Assembly: GCA_038744785.1 (NCBI GenBank)
Contig: JBCDLX010000022.1
Span: 3,091-67,090 of the forward strand
Direction of reading: 5' to 3'
Source: Pseudomonadota bacterium
GTDB lineage: Bacteria; Pseudomonadota; Alphaproteobacteria; Rhodobacterales; Rhodobacteraceae
DNA length: 64,000 bases
Shown here piece after piece: positions 40,657 through 51,144 of the stretch (position 1 is the first letter of the stretch; each line of letters begins with the position of its first letter). The notes under the pieces are model-generated. The model saw only the letters and a program-made list of their open reading frames with translations, did not search any database and was not told the DNA's origin. A program made the translations under genes and the position numbers.

Positions 40657-42108
40657 TCAATCCGACCGCCGCCCCTTCAAGTGCTTCCTAAGCCGTGACG
40701 GCGTAGATTTCTTGCGGTCCTTGTAGGGGTTGTCTTCGGATTGCGAGCGCATCCAAAGTCGCACCGGGGTGCCAGGCATATCAAAATCTTTACGCAACCC
40801 GTTGACAAGATAGCGAGAATACGCCGCCGGAAGCTTGTCGGGATGCGAGCACATCACCACGAAACCCGGCGGCCGAGTTTTCGCTTGGGTCATGTACCGC
40901 AGTTTGATCCGCCGCCCACCTGGCGCTGGAGGTGGATGGGCTTCCACCATGTCCTGAAGCCAGCGATTGAGTTTTGCGGTCGTCACCCGCCGGTTCCAAA
41001 CCTCATACGCCTTCTCCACGGCAGCCCGAAGCCGGTCGAGCCCTTTGCCGGTTTTTGCCGACACGGTAACAAGGGGCGCCCCGCGAAGCTGCGGCAGAAG
41101 CCGTTCGAACGCCTCGCGCAGCTCTTTCAGCTTCGCCTGCTTCTGGGACTCGGCGTCCCACTTATTGACCGCGACGACAACCGCCCGCCCCTCGCGCTCT
41201 GCGAGATCAGCGATGCGCAGATCCTGCTGCTCGAACGGGATGGCCGCATCGAGAAGGACAATCACGACCTCGGCGAACTTCACCGCCCGAAGCCCGTCCG
41301 AGACCGACAGCTTTTCGAGTTTTTCCTGCACCCGGGCTTTCTTGCGCATTCCGGCGGTGTCAAAGATCCGCACCGGCAGCCCGTCCCAGTTGAACGGAAT
41401 TGAAATGGCGTCACGGGTGATCCCGGCTTCGGGCCCCGTAAGCAACCGGTCTTCACCGATCAGCCGGTTGATCAGTGTGGACTTGCCCGCGTTGGGTCGA
41501 CCGACCACTGCAATCTGAAGCGGCTTTCCTTCGGTCGGGGCAGAGACTGACGCATCGTCGTCTGTAACATCCAAGTCGGTCTCCGGCGCTATTTCTTCAG
41601 CTTCTGCTTCTGCCAGTTCGGCCAGTGGCGCTAAAATCGAATAAAGCTCGTTCAGACCTTCACCATGCTCCGCCGAAAGCCGCACCGGTTCCCCAAGCCC
41701 AAGTGCATAGGCTTCGATGACGCCGGCATCCGCCGCGCGCCCCTCGGCCTTGTTCGCGGCCAGGATCACCCGGGCCGATTTACGACGAAGAATGTCTGCA
41801 AAAACCTCGTCGGTCGGCAAAACGCCCGCGCGCGCGTCGATTAGGAAAAGACAGATATCTGCGGCTTCAACCGCACGCTCGGTCAGCCGCCGCATGCGAC
41901 CTTCCAGACTTTCGTCGGTTGCCTCTTCCAGACCTGCTGTATCGATCACCGTGAACCGCAGATCGCCTAGCTTGGCCTGACCTTCGCGCAGGTCGCGCGT
42001 CACACCCGGCTGGTCGTCGACTAGCGCCAGTTTTCGGCCCACGAGCCGGTTAAACAGCGTAGATTTGCCCACATTCGGACGGCCAACAATGGCGAGCGTG
42101 ATGCTCAT
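40657..42108 (-). CDS. der: Ribosome biogenesis GTPase Der
   Basis: Two G domains GRPNVGKS and [16 protein letters not shown]. Confidence 0.98.
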   Translation of the reverse strand: MSITLAIVGRPNVGKSTLFNRLVGRKLALVDDQPGVTRDLREGQAKLGDLRFTVIDTAGLEEATDESLEGRMRRLTERAVEAADICLFLIDARAGVLPTDEVFADILRRKSARVILAANKAEGRAADAGVIEAYALGLGEPVRLSAEHGEGLNELYSILAPLAELAEAEAEEIAPETDLDVTDDDASVSAPTEGKPLQIAVVGRPNAGKSTLINRLIGEDRLLTGPEAGITRDAISIPFNWDGLPVRIFDTAGMRKKARVQEKLEKLSVSDGLRAVKFAEVVIVLLDAAIPFEQQDLRIADLAEREGRAVVVAVNKWDAESQKQAKLKELREAFERLLPQLRGAPLVTVSAKTGKGLDRLRAAVEKAYEVWNRRVTTAKLNRWLQDMVEAHPPPAPGGRRIKLRYMTQAKTRPPGFVVMCSHPDKLPAAYSRYLVNGLRKDFDMPGTPVRLWMRSQSEDNPYKDRKKSTPSRLRKHLKGRRSD

Positions 42109-42150
42109 AATGGTCGCTTTCGGTGATTCGAAGCGCGCGTTCTAACCGGT

Positions 42151-43464
42151 CTAGCGGTAGGCGTGAAGCTGCCCGTTGCCGGAAACGACATAGAGAGTAC
42201 CCCCGACCACGGCCGGAAGTGATGCGGCACCACCGGGAACCTCGACAGCCCCGACAAGTGCGCCCGTCTGGGGACTAAAAAGCCGCATCTGACCGTCCCC
42301 CGAGACCACCACAAGACGACTTCCGGCGAGTGTCGGCCCGTAGTGGTCAAAAATCGCCTCGCGGCGGCGCGGACGCTCCTTCACGAAGTACGGCAGCTCC
42401 ACGGACCAGACCAGTGCGCCCGTTGCGGCATCGAGGCGCACCAGTTCATTTCGATCCGAAATAACAAAAGCCGAACCGCCAGCGACAACTGGCGGACCAA
42501 GCGCGCCATAATCCGCCGTCCAGAGCCGCTCGCCTGACGCGACTTCAAGCGCCATGGTCCGCCCAGAGGGATTGCCTGTATAGATCGTATCGCCAACGAT
42601 CACTGGATCACCTGTGACATCGGTAATCCTTGCATAGACGCGGCCAAGGCGTCGGCCCGAGACAGACGTGTTCCAGATTCGCAAACCCGATTGCCTGAAA
42701 ACCGACAAGAGCTCACCCGAGTTCAGGGGTAAATACACACGCCCCGCTGAAACTGCCGGAGATCCACCGCCGACGACGCCTGATGGGCTTGGCAAGCCAG
42801 CGGTCTCCCACTGCACGCGACCGGTGCGCGCATCCACCGCCCAGCCGCGACTATCAGTGGAAACCACGAAAACAGTACCGCCATCCACCGTTGGCGCAGA
42901 TGATGATGCGGCCCCAAGACGTTGTACCCAGATCTCGGCCCCGTTAGACGCATCAAGCGCCGTCAACCGCCCAAATCCTGTGGTGACAAAGATCCGGGTT
43001 CCGTCGGTCGCAAGCCCGCCCCCCGAGGCGTCGTCTTCACGCTCGTTCAGTGGTGTCAGATCGACGGACCAAAGCGTCTGGCCATTTGCAGACGTTGCCG
43101 TGACCGTCGCGCGGCTGTCGAGCGTAAAGATGCGACCGCCTGTAACGACTGGGTCTGCTGTAATCCTGTGCCGACGGTCGTTACCTGATCCGATCGGACG
43201 GCTCCATATCAGCTGCGGGTTTCCTGACAGGGCCGCGTTAGGCGGGCGGTTAACCGGATTGGCGGCCCGGTGCGTCCATGACGTGGTCCGCTGCTGAGCC
43301 GGAGCAGAAAATGCCGTTGAACGACTCGCTGTCGTTTCGGTAGGGGGTAGATCCAACGGCGCTCGCAGATCTAACCGTTCGCCAACCAAGATGTTTTCAC
43401 GGGTGCAACCTGCCAGCGCGAGCGCAATACATAAGCCTGCGAGCGCCGCCCATCTGCCAGTCAT
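42151..43464 (-). CDS. PQQ-like beta-propeller lipoprotein (BamB-like)
   Basis: Lipobox LAGC; repeated A.DA.TG...W blades; adjacent to der. Confidence 0.88.
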   Translation of the reverse strand: MTGRWAALAGLCIALALAGCTRENILVGERLDLRAPLDLPPTETTASRSTAFSAPAQQRTTSWTHRAANPVNRPPNAALSGNPQLIWSRPIGSGNDRRHRITADPVVTGGRIFTLDSRATVTATSANGQTLWSVDLTPLNEREDDASGGGLATDGTRIFVTTGFGRLTALDASNGAEIWVQRLGAASSSAPTVDGGTVFVVSTDSRGWAVDARTGRVQWETAGLPSPSGVVGGGSPAVSAGRVYLPLNSGELLSVFRQSGLRIWNTSVSGRRLGRVYARITDVTGDPVIVGDTIYTGNPSGRTMALEVASGERLWTADYGALGPPVVAGGSAFVISDRNELVRLDAATGALVWSVELPYFVKERPRRREAIFDHYGPTLAGSRLVVVSGDGQMRLFSPQTGALVGAVEVPGGAASLPAVVGGTLYVVSGNGQLHAYR

Positions 43465-43503
43465 GCGTCAGCCCTTCCTTGTCCCCGTGGCGCCATTGTG
43501 CGG

Positions 43504-44160
43504 TTATCCCGCCTCCACTTCACCGCCAAGGGCTACAATCAACTGCGAGACCCTATTGCGCAAGCCTTGGGTTGCTTCCGCGTCCGACAAAAGATCCGTC
43601 AGAACCTGGAGCGCGGCCTCGGTGTCGCCTGCCGCGACATGGGCGTGCGCCGTCGCCTCTAACGCCAAGGGCCGGTAAGGTGCGCCCGGGATCGTCAGCC
43701 CCGACAGCCGCGACAGCCGCTCATCCGGTGGTAGCGCATCGCCGCGTAGCGTGACCGCCTTCAGTGCGGCCAGATCACGATAAACCTGCGCCACGTCAGG
43801 GTCGGCTGCAAGCGCGTCAAGCCGGTCCAGCGCCGCCGCGCGCGATGTCGGATCGTCTTCGGCCTGTGCAGCGGCGAGCATTGCAAGAAGTGCAGCCGCA
43901 TCCGCCTCTGCTTCAATCCCGGCAAGCGTTGTGGCCCGTGCACCGGGTGTATCGGCTTCAAGCGCGGCCAGTACCGCGTCCCCGCGCGCTTCGGCGTCGG
44001 ATCGTGCTTGCGCCTTACGCCATTCGTTGATCGCCGCTCCGCCGACAAGCGCAACCACGGCCACTACGGCGATCCAGCCGTATTTGCGCAAGTAGCCGAA
44101 CAGTTTGTCGCGGCGGACCTCCTCGGTGACTTCGTTGATGAAACTGTCTTCGCTTGCCAC
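43504..44160 (-). CDS. YfgM-like TPR membrane protein
   Basis: GTG start; DSFINEVTEEVRRD, one TM, helical repeats; yfgM-bamB-der order. Confidence 0.82.
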   Translation of the reverse strand: MASEDSFINEVTEEVRRDKLFGYLRKYGWIAVVAVVALVGGAAINEWRKAQARSDAEARGDAVLAALEADTPGARATTLAGIEAEADAAALLAMLAAAQAEDDPTSRAAALDRLDALAADPDVAQVYRDLAALKAVTLRGDALPPDERLSRLSGLTIPGAPYRPLALEATAHAHVAAGDTEAALQVLTDLLSDAEATQGLRNRVSQLIVALGGEVEAG

Positions 44161-44321
44161 GTTTGTCTCGCCCCGCTGCATCAAGTCGCGCCCTGATACC
44201 CGCAACACCCCCCTTGGGACAAGGCTGCATAGGGCATTGTCAGACAACACGATTGAGCGCAGATCCGCTGCACGCGACCGCAATCAGACTTGCAGGTATC
44301 GGCACGATGGATTAAATTGAA

Positions 44322-44334
44322 CTGAACGGTTCAG
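44322..44334. promoter_or_regulatory. Palindrome CTGAAC-G-GTTCAG, candidate repressor site
   Basis: Perfect 6-bp arms in an AT-rich stretch between the divergent yfgM-like and RND genes. Confidence 0.5.
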
Positions 44335-44444
44335 ATTACTTCGGCGATCCAGTTGCGCTTTCGACGCGTATCAGGAACGAAGCCAACGAGCCGAAGTGCA
44401 CGAATTGGAGCTGACGACCTGTCGTTCAGCAAGAAAGACTGACG

Positions 44445-46103
44445 ATGAGACTTATTTCTATTCTGACCGCGGCAGTGGTCATTGTCGCCCTCTATTTCTT
44501 CGTTTTGCAGCGCGATGCGCTGTTTTCGCTATCAGGGCGCGACGCATCCGAACCAACCGTTGCGTCAAGCGAGGAGGACGCTCCCGCCGCCGAGCCCGAA
44601 GACGCAACACAGAGGATCTCAGTCGTCGCAAGACGGTCGCTCGCCGATCAGGTGGACAGTGCAGTGATTCTAAGGGGCCGCACAGAAGCCGCACGGCAAG
44701 TCGACGTCCGCGCGGAGACCTCGGGCCGGGTGATCAGCGAACCTCTGCGCAGAGGTGCCTACGTCGAAGCAGGCGAATTGCTTTGTCGCATTGATCCTGG
44801 CACGCGCGAAGTCGATCTTGCCGAAGCAAAGGCGTTGTTGGCTGAGGCACAATCCCGGCTTCCGGAATCCGAAGCCCGTTTGGCTGAAGCCCGCGCTGCC
44901 CTGCCTGCCGCCCAGGCCCTGATCACCGAAGCCCGAGCCCGCGTGCCCGAGGCCGAGGCACGCCTTTCGGAGGCAAAAGCTGGCCTTCCCGCCGCCCAAG
45001 CGGACCTTTTGCAAGCCGAAGCAGGCGTACCGGCCGCTGAAGCTGCGCTGGTCGAGGCCCGCACTCGTTTGCCCGAAGCCGAAGCCCGGGTGATCGAGGC
45101 CGACGCGAGGTTCCGTGAAGCGATGATAAATGTGAATGCCGCAAGCCGGCTAAGCGAAGGTGGATTCGCCTCGGATACCCGCGTGGCCTCTGCTGAAGCA
45201 GCCCGCGAGGCCGCGCGGGCGCAGATTCAATCCGCGAATTCACAGATCGAAGGCGCAAGGGCCGGCATTCAATCCGCCGTTTCCGCCGTCGAGGGCGCGA
45301 AGTCCGAGGTCGAAACGGCTCGTAGCCGCATTGAGGGTGCACGTGCCTCGATCGCATCAGCAGAAAGCCAAGTCGAAGGGGCGGAAGCCGGAGTGATCTC
45401 GGCCGAATCCTCGCTCGAAGGCGCGCGGGCCAGCATCCAGTCCGCGGTCTCGGGTGTTGAAGCCGCCAAGGCGGGCATCCAATCTGCCGAAGCGGCGGTC
45501 GCGGCCGCCGAGCGGGAACTGGAGCGCTTGGAAATCCTTGCGCCTTTTGGCGGGCTTCTGGAATCCGACGCAGCCGAACTTGGCGCGCTACTGCAGCCCG
45601 GATCATTGTGTGCAACAGTGATCCAGCTCAACCCCCTAAAACTTGTGGGCTTTGTCCCTGAGACACAGGTTGATCGCGTAACCCTTGGCGCGGCAGCCAG
45701 TGCGCGTCTGGCGTCGGGTCGCGAGGTGCTGGGCCGTGTGTCGTTTCTGTCCCGCTCTGCCGATCCGAACACCCGGACGTTCCGCGTCGAGGTTCGAGTC
45801 GAAAACAGTGAAGAAACGATCCGCGACGGTCAAACGGCTGAAATTATTGTCGCCTCGGACGGCGCAGAGGCGCATCTTTTGCCGCAATCTGCACTGACGC
45901 TCGATAATGATGGGCGGCTTGGCGTTCGGGTGGTTGCGGAAAACAAGACCGCTGCCTTTGCACCGATTTCCGTCTTGCGCGACTCGGTTGAAGGAATATG
46001 GGTGACGGGGCTGGGTGAAAGTGCTGATGTTATTGTTGTCGGACAGGAGTATGTGACCGATGGTGTTCCGGTCGAACCCACTTATCAGGGAGCCGTAGAA
46101 TGA
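44445..46103 (+). CDS. RND efflux periplasmic adaptor (MFP) with expanded alpha-hairpin
   Basis: N-terminal TM; V.AETSGRV..G..V..G..LC.ID lipoyl half, I.APF.G, RTFRVE. Confidence 0.92.
   Translation: MRLISILTAAVVIVALYFFVLQRDALFSLSGRDASEPTVASSEEDAPAAEPEDATQRISVVARRSLADQVDSAVILRGRTEAARQVDVRAETSGRVISEPLRRGAYVEAGELLCRIDPGTREVDLAEAKALLAEAQSRLPESEARLAEARAALPAAQALITEARARVPEAEARLSEAKAGLPAAQADLLQAEAGVPAAEAALVEARTRLPEAEARVIEADARFREAMINVNAASRLSEGGFASDTRVASAEAAREAARAQIQSANSQIEGARAGIQSAVSAVEGAKSEVETARSRIEGARASIASAESQVEGAEAGVISAESSLEGARASIQSAVSGVEAAKAGIQSAEAAVAAAERELERLEILAPFGGLLESDAAELGALLQPGSLCATVIQLNPLKLVGFVPETQVDRVTLGAAASARLASGREVLGRVSFLSRSADPNTRTFRVEVRVENSEETIRDGQTAEIIVASDGAEAHLLPQSALTLDNDGRLGVRVVAENKTAAFAPISVLRDSVEGIWVTGLGESADVIVVGQEYVTDGVPVEPTYQGAVE
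44817..45518 (+). repeat. Coiled-coil heptad / 14-residue repeats in the MFP hairpin
   Basis: Six Pro codons every 42 nt (44862 to 45072); 14 heptads of IQSA/IEGA type at 45225-45518. Confidence 0.85.
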
Positions 46104-49100
46104 CGGGTATCGTCGACTGGGCCGCCGGTCGGGCCCGGATGATCATTGCGTTTATCATCCTGTCGCTTCTGGCCGGAGGCTTCAGCTATGTCGGCCTTCC
46201 GAAAGAGGGCGAGCCCGATATTGAAATCCCTGCGCTGGTTGTGTCGGTTCCCTTTCCGGGAATCTCGACGGAAGATTCCGAGAAGCTGATCGTAAAGCCG
46301 ATGGAGACCGAGCTCTCCGATCTCGACGGCCTGAAAGAGATGCTCGGGACCGCCGCCGAAGGCTATGCCAACGTTGTGCTAGAGTTCGACTTCGGCTGGG
46401 ACAAGACAAAGATTATGGCCGATGTCCGCGATCGGATGGACGCGGCGGAAGCAGAGTTCCCGGATGGATTCGAACGCTACTCGATTTCCGAGATCAACTT
46501 CTCGGAGTTCCCGATCATCATCGTAAACCTGTCTGGCCCGGTCCCAGAACGCACGCTGTTGCGGATCGCCAAGGACTTGCAAGACAGGCTCGAAGGTTTG
46601 GAGCCGGTCCTGGACGCGGAGCTTGCAGGCCACCGCGATGAGATGCTTGAGGTCGTGATCGACCCATTGCGTCTTGAAGCCTACAATATCACCGCGGATG
46701 AGTTGGTCGAGGTCGTCGTTAACAATAACCAACTGATCGCAGCGGGCGAGATTGAGTCAGCAACCGGCGCGTTCGGCGTGAAGATCCCAGCCTCGTACAG
46801 CGAGCCCCGTGACGTCTTCAACCTTCCGGTCAAGGTGGACGGCGACCGGGTTGTAACGCTTGGCGATCTGACCGACATCCGACTGACGTTCGAAGACCGC
46901 GACGGCACCGCCCGCTTCAACGGCGAGAACACTGTCGCGCTGCAGGTCGTGAAGCGGAAAGGCTTCAACATCATTGACACGGCCGAATTGATAAAGGCCG
47001 AGGTCGCCGCCGAGCGGGCGACGTGGCCCGTGGAGTTGCAAACGGCCATCGAGGTTGGAACGTCGAATGACCACAGCCGGATCATCAAGTCGATGGTGAG
47101 TCAGCTTGAAGGTTCGGTTCTGACGGCGGTTGCGCTTGTGATGATTGTCGTATTGGCCGCTCTAGGTTCGCGTTCTGCGCTGCTTGTGGGGTTCGCTATT
47201 CCAACCTCGTTCCTTCTTTGTTTCGCGTTCCTCGCGGTCATGGAAGTTGCAGTGTCAAATATCGTAATGTTCGGGTTGATCCTTGCAGTCGGCATGCTTG
47301 TCGATGGCGCAATTGTTGTGGTCGAGTATGCCGACCGGCGCATCCGCGAAGGATCGGGTCCGATGCGCGCGTATGTCGAGGCGGCAAAACGCATGTTCTG
47401 GCCCATTGTTTCGTCCACCGCGACGACGCTTTGTGCATTCCTGCCTATGCTGTTCTGGCCCGGTGTTCCCGGCCAGTTTATGGGCATGCTACCAGTGACC
47501 TTGATCTTCGTTCTGTCCGCGTCGCTTGTGGTGGCCCTGATCTATCTGCCTGTAATGGGCGGCGTCGCGGGCCGGATGAGCCGTAGCTTTGAAGGGGGGT
47601 CGACCTGGCTGAAGGCGCGGCTTCCATGGTGGGCCTGTGCTGCATTGGTGCCGGTTTCGCTCTACGCAATGTTCCTCGGGGCGATGCAAATCCTGAACCC
47701 TGGCTACCTATTGCCAGAAGGGGTCGGGTTCGCCGCCACTTTCTTCGGGATTATTTTGTTTCTTGGCGCGGCGGTCGCCTCGTCCGTCACGCTCGGCGCC
47801 GCCCGGATCGAACGCCACCGCCAACGGATTGATGGGGGCTATCGCCGGACTGCCTTTGGGCGGTTCATTCGCTTAATCGCCGGAAACCCCGTGATGCCTC
47901 TTGTGGCGATTGCAGCAGTAGTTGGCTTCGTCATCGCGACGTTCGGATACTATGGTCAGAACAACAATGGTGTTGAGTTCTTTGTCGAGAACGAGCCCGA
48001 GCAGGCCATCGTCTACGTTCGAGCACGCGGCAACCTGTCAGTCGACGAGAAAGACGCCTTGGTGCGTCAGGTCGAGAATGTGATATTGGAAATCGATGGC
48101 ATCGATTCCGCATTTGCTTTTGCAGGTGCCGGGGGGTTGAACAACAATACCGGCGGCGCCAGTGGTCCGCGTGACACGATCGGACAAGTCCAGATCGAAC
48201 TTATCCCCTGGGAAGACCGACCAACCACCCAGGTTCCTATGCAGATCCTTGGAATGGATGGAATATTTGGCATTCCTTTCACGCGGACCATTGTCGACCC
48301 TGTTTATGATGGCGACGCGGTTCTGAATGTCCTTCAGACCCGGATGAACGAGATCCCCGGTATATACACAGAGATCCTGAACCTTGCCCAAGGTCCGGCG
48401 CAGGGCAAGCCAGTGCATCTGCGGCTTAAGGGTGACGACCCTGCAGCCTTGCGCGAGGCCGTGGCCATTGCACGCGACAAGTTCGAGGCAACCGAGGGAC
48501 TGATTGACATCGAGGATACACGGCCACTGCCGGGTATCGACTGGCAAATCGACGTCGATGTGGAACAAGCAGGACGTTATGGCGCCGATGTTGCCACTGT
48601 CGGGGCAATGATCCAGCTCGTGACTCGGGGTATTCTTCTGGACACGATGCGGGTGGACAGCTCGGATGAAGAGATCGACATTCGCGTGCGCCTGCCAGAA
48701 GAGGACAGGGTCCTAACCACACTCGATTCCTTGCGCATCCGCACCAATGATGGGCTGGTGCCATTGTCGAACTTCATTACACGCGCCCCGGTTGACCGGC
48801 TGGCACAGATAGATCGGGTCGACCAGTCCCGCTACCTTGACGTGAAGGCAGATGTCACTGCGGGTCTTGTGACCGAAGCTGGGGTCCCGATGAACCCGAA
48901 TGAGCGGATCGCGTATATAACCGATTGGATCGAAAGCGAAAGACCCCTGCCCTTTGGGATCGACTGGGAATGGACAGGCGACCAGGAGGATCAGGAGGAA
49001 TCCGGACAATTCTTGATGTCGGCTTTTGCGGGGGCCCTTGGCCTAATGTTCATCATCCTGCTTGCGCAGTTCAATTCTTTCTACAACGCAATACTTGTGC

Positions 49101-49729
49101 TTCTGGCCGTCGTGCTATCGACCACCGGCGTCCTGATCGGAATGCTGGTCTGGAATCAGCCGTTTTCGATCATCATGACCGGGACCGGCATCGTCGCACT
49201 TGCGGGTATCGTGGTGAACAATAACATCGTGCTGATTGATACCTATCAGGAATTCTCGCGTTATATGCCCCGGATCGAGGCGATCGTGAGGACTGCAGAA
49301 CAGCGCATACGTCCGGTGCTTTTGACGACGATCACCACGATGGCGGGTCTAGCACCCATGATGTTCGGACTGTCTTTGGACTTCATTGGTGGCGGATACT
49401 CGATCGACAGCCCGACAGCGCTTTGGTGGAAACAGCTTGCGACGGCGGTTGTGTTCGGCCTTGGTATTGCGACCGTCCTTACGCTGGTTTTCACACCTTC
49501 AATGCTGGCTCTCAGGGTCTGGGTGGTCACCTATGCCAAGTGGATTGCACGTGCTTTGGAACGACTCAGCATGGGCCGGGCCAGCCGCGCGGCGCAAGAC
49601 TGGGCGCTACAGCGTGCTGCGCGCCGGATTGCCGCTCCGGAAATCCTGTGGGACACCGCGCCTCAGCCGGTCGAGGAGGAAGCGATCATCGACCCCACGC
49701 CTGCTGCACCGCTGCGCGCGGCCGAGTAG
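46100..49729 (+). CDS. RND efflux permease (AcrB/AcrD/AcrF family)
   Basis: GMLVDGAIVVVE, GIVVNNNIVLID, RIRPVLLTTITT; 1209 aa. Confidence 0.95.
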   Translation: MTGIVDWAAGRARMIIAFIILSLLAGGFSYVGLPKEGEPDIEIPALVVSVPFPGISTEDSEKLIVKPMETELSDLDGLKEMLGTAAEGYANVVLEFDFGWDKTKIMADVRDRMDAAEAEFPDGFERYSISEINFSEFPIIIVNLSGPVPERTLLRIAKDLQDRLEGLEPVLDAELAGHRDEMLEVVIDPLRLEAYNITADELVEVVVNNNQLIAAGEIESATGAFGVKIPASYSEPRDVFNLPVKVDGDRVVTLGDLTDIRLTFEDRDGTARFNGENTVALQVVKRKGFNIIDTAELIKAEVAAERATWPVELQTAIEVGTSNDHSRIIKSMVSQLEGSVLTAVALVMIVVLAALGSRSALLVGFAIPTSFLLCFAFLAVMEVAVSNIVMFGLILAVGMLVDGAIVVVEYADRRIREGSGPMRAYVEAAKRMFWPIVSSTATTLCAFLPMLFWPGVPGQFMGMLPVTLIFVLSASLVVALIYLPVMGGVAGRMSRSFEGGSTWLKARLPWWACAALVPVSLYAMFLGAMQILNPGYLLPEGVGFAATFFGIILFLGAAVASSVTLGAARIERHRQRIDGGYRRTAFGRFIRLIAGNPVMPLVAIAAVVGFVIATFGYYGQNNNGVEFFVENEPEQAIVYVRARGNLSVDEKDALVRQVENVILEIDGIDSAFAFAGAGGLNNNTGGASGPRDTIGQVQIELIPWEDRPTTQVPMQILGMDGIFGIPFTRTIVDPVYDGDAVLNVLQTRMNEIPGIYTEILNLAQGPAQGKPVHLRLKGDDPAALREAVAIARDKFEATEGLIDIEDTRPLPGIDWQIDVDVEQAGRYGADVATVGAMIQLVTRGILLDTMRVDSSDEEIDIRVRLPEEDRVLTTLDSLRIRTNDGLVPLSNFITRAPVDRLAQIDRVDQSRYLDVKADVTAGLVTEAGVPMNPNERIAYITDWIESERPLPFGIDWEWTGDQEDQEESGQFLMSAFAGALGLMFIILLAQFNSFYNAILVLLAVVLSTTGVLIGMLVWNQPFSIIMTGTGIVALAGIVVNNNIVLIDTYQEFSRYMPRIEAIVRTAEQRIRPVLLTTITTMAGLAPMMFGLSLDFIGGGYSIDSPTALWWKQLATAVVFGLGIATVLTLVFTPSMLALRVWVVTYAKWIARALERLSMGRASRAAQDWALQRAARRIAAPEILWDTAPQPVEEEAIIDPTPAAPLRAAE

Positions 49730-49756
49730 GCCGCGCAAGCCGCTTCGCGCAACGGC

Positions 49757-50029
49757 TTACCAGGTCGAGTAACTTTGGCCGCGTCCGTGACGTTGGGATG
49801 CCTGCGCGGTAACGTAAACGAAAAGCGCAAGAAGCCCGCCAAGGCCAATCAGCGAATAAACTGCCACTTCGCGGCCGAACGGCCCGATCAAGAGACTATG
49901 AAGGGCGCTGTCCAGCAAGGACATCGCTGCCGTCCCTTCCAACAACAGATAGAGCGCGCCCGAAGACACATGCGCGGCGAGGACGCCGAAAATTGACAGG
50001 ACAAAGACGCTGCGGATCATTGGACGCAT
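49757..50029 (-). CDS. Small hypothetical membrane protein
   Basis: GAGG RBS, two hydrophobic segments, fills the intergenic gap. Confidence 0.55.
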   Translation of the reverse strand: MRPMIRSVFVLSIFGVLAAHVSSGALYLLLEGTAAMSLLDSALHSLLIGPFGREVAVYSLIGLGGLLALFVYVTAQASQRHGRGQSYSTW

Positions 50030-50158
50030 TTTGAGCCTCGCTATCTTGTGTAGCGAAACAATCTACCGGTAAATCCGGCAGAAGTTGGGCAGAACAGGCG
50101 GAAGATCCGCTAAGTGTGGCGGCAAAAGCGCGAAATCTGCCCGCGGAACAAGGGTGCC

Positions 50159-51052
50159 ATGGATCACAAGACCTTCCTGTCTTCGATCACACCAAGGGAA
50201 AGGGCGCGTCTGACAGAGACCGCCGATGGTCCTGGATTGCGGCACCTGGCGGGGCACGCAGGCGCAATCGCGGTGCTGGCGGTTTGGGTCGGCTTGGATC
50301 TGCCGTTCTGGCCATTGGCAATTCTGCCCTTGGGTATCGCCCTCGCTTTTCTGTTCACGCTGCAACACGAATGCACGCACCGAACACCGTTTCGCACGCC
50401 TTGGCTGAATGAAGCGCTTGGCCATCTGACCGGATTGATCCTGTTCCAGCCATTTGAATGGTTTCGTGCGTTCCATATGGCGCATCACCGCCACACGAAC
50501 GATCCCGAACATGATCCAGAGTTGGAAGGCTCAAAGAAGCCAGAGACCTGGCGCGCGTTTGTTTGGTATCTCGCAGGCGCAGACTATTGGCGCGCAAAGC
50601 TGAGGACGCTTCTTGTCAATGCCGGTGGCGGGGACGATGCGGAGTACATTTCGGGCCGTGCGCGGCCCCGGATACAGCGGGAAGCCGTTGCAATGCTGGC
50701 CGTTTATGTGTTCCTGGCGGCGTTCACAGTGCTTGTGTCCCCTATCCTGTTCTGGCTTTGGCTATTGCCGCTTCTGGTGGGGTTTCCTGTCCTGCGGCTT
50801 TACCTTCTGGCGGAACACGGGCGATGCCCCGCTGTGGCCGACATGTTCGACAATACAAGGACGACGCTGACGAACCGAACCGTTCGATTCCTCGCGTGGA
50901 ACATGCCCTATCACGCAGAACACCACGCCTGGCCCACGGTTCCGTTTCATCGGCTGCCAGCTCTGCACGAGATTGCCACGCCCCATCTGAAGCGGGTGAG
51001 CGATGGCTATCTTCGGTTCTCGAAAGAAACTTGGGCCGATCTGCAAGACTAG
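50159..51052 (+). CDS. Fatty acid desaturase-family di-iron membrane enzyme (MocD-like)
   Basis: HECTH, HMAHH, LAEHG, WNMPYHAEHH. Confidence 0.88.
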   Translation: MDHKTFLSSITPRERARLTETADGPGLRHLAGHAGAIAVLAVWVGLDLPFWPLAILPLGIALAFLFTLQHECTHRTPFRTPWLNEALGHLTGLILFQPFEWFRAFHMAHHRHTNDPEHDPELEGSKKPETWRAFVWYLAGADYWRAKLRTLLVNAGGGDDAEYISGRARPRIQREAVAMLAVYVFLAAFTVLVSPILFWLWLLPLLVGFPVLRLYLLAEHGRCPAVADMFDNTRTTLTNRTVRFLAWNMPYHAEHHAWPTVPFHRLPALHEIATPHLKRVSDGYLRFSKETWADLQD

Positions 51053-51144
51053 CCGCTGGGCGCATCACCTTCCCGTCCACCTCGTAAATTGCCATGTCCA
51101 CTAACGCCATGGTAGTGTCGCGGTGTTTCAAGCGGGGATCTGGA

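Noticed and set aside
44817-45518. CRISPR array or non-coding tandem repeat
   Set aside because: The repeats are in-frame, degenerate at codon level and have no spacers; this is a coding coiled coil.
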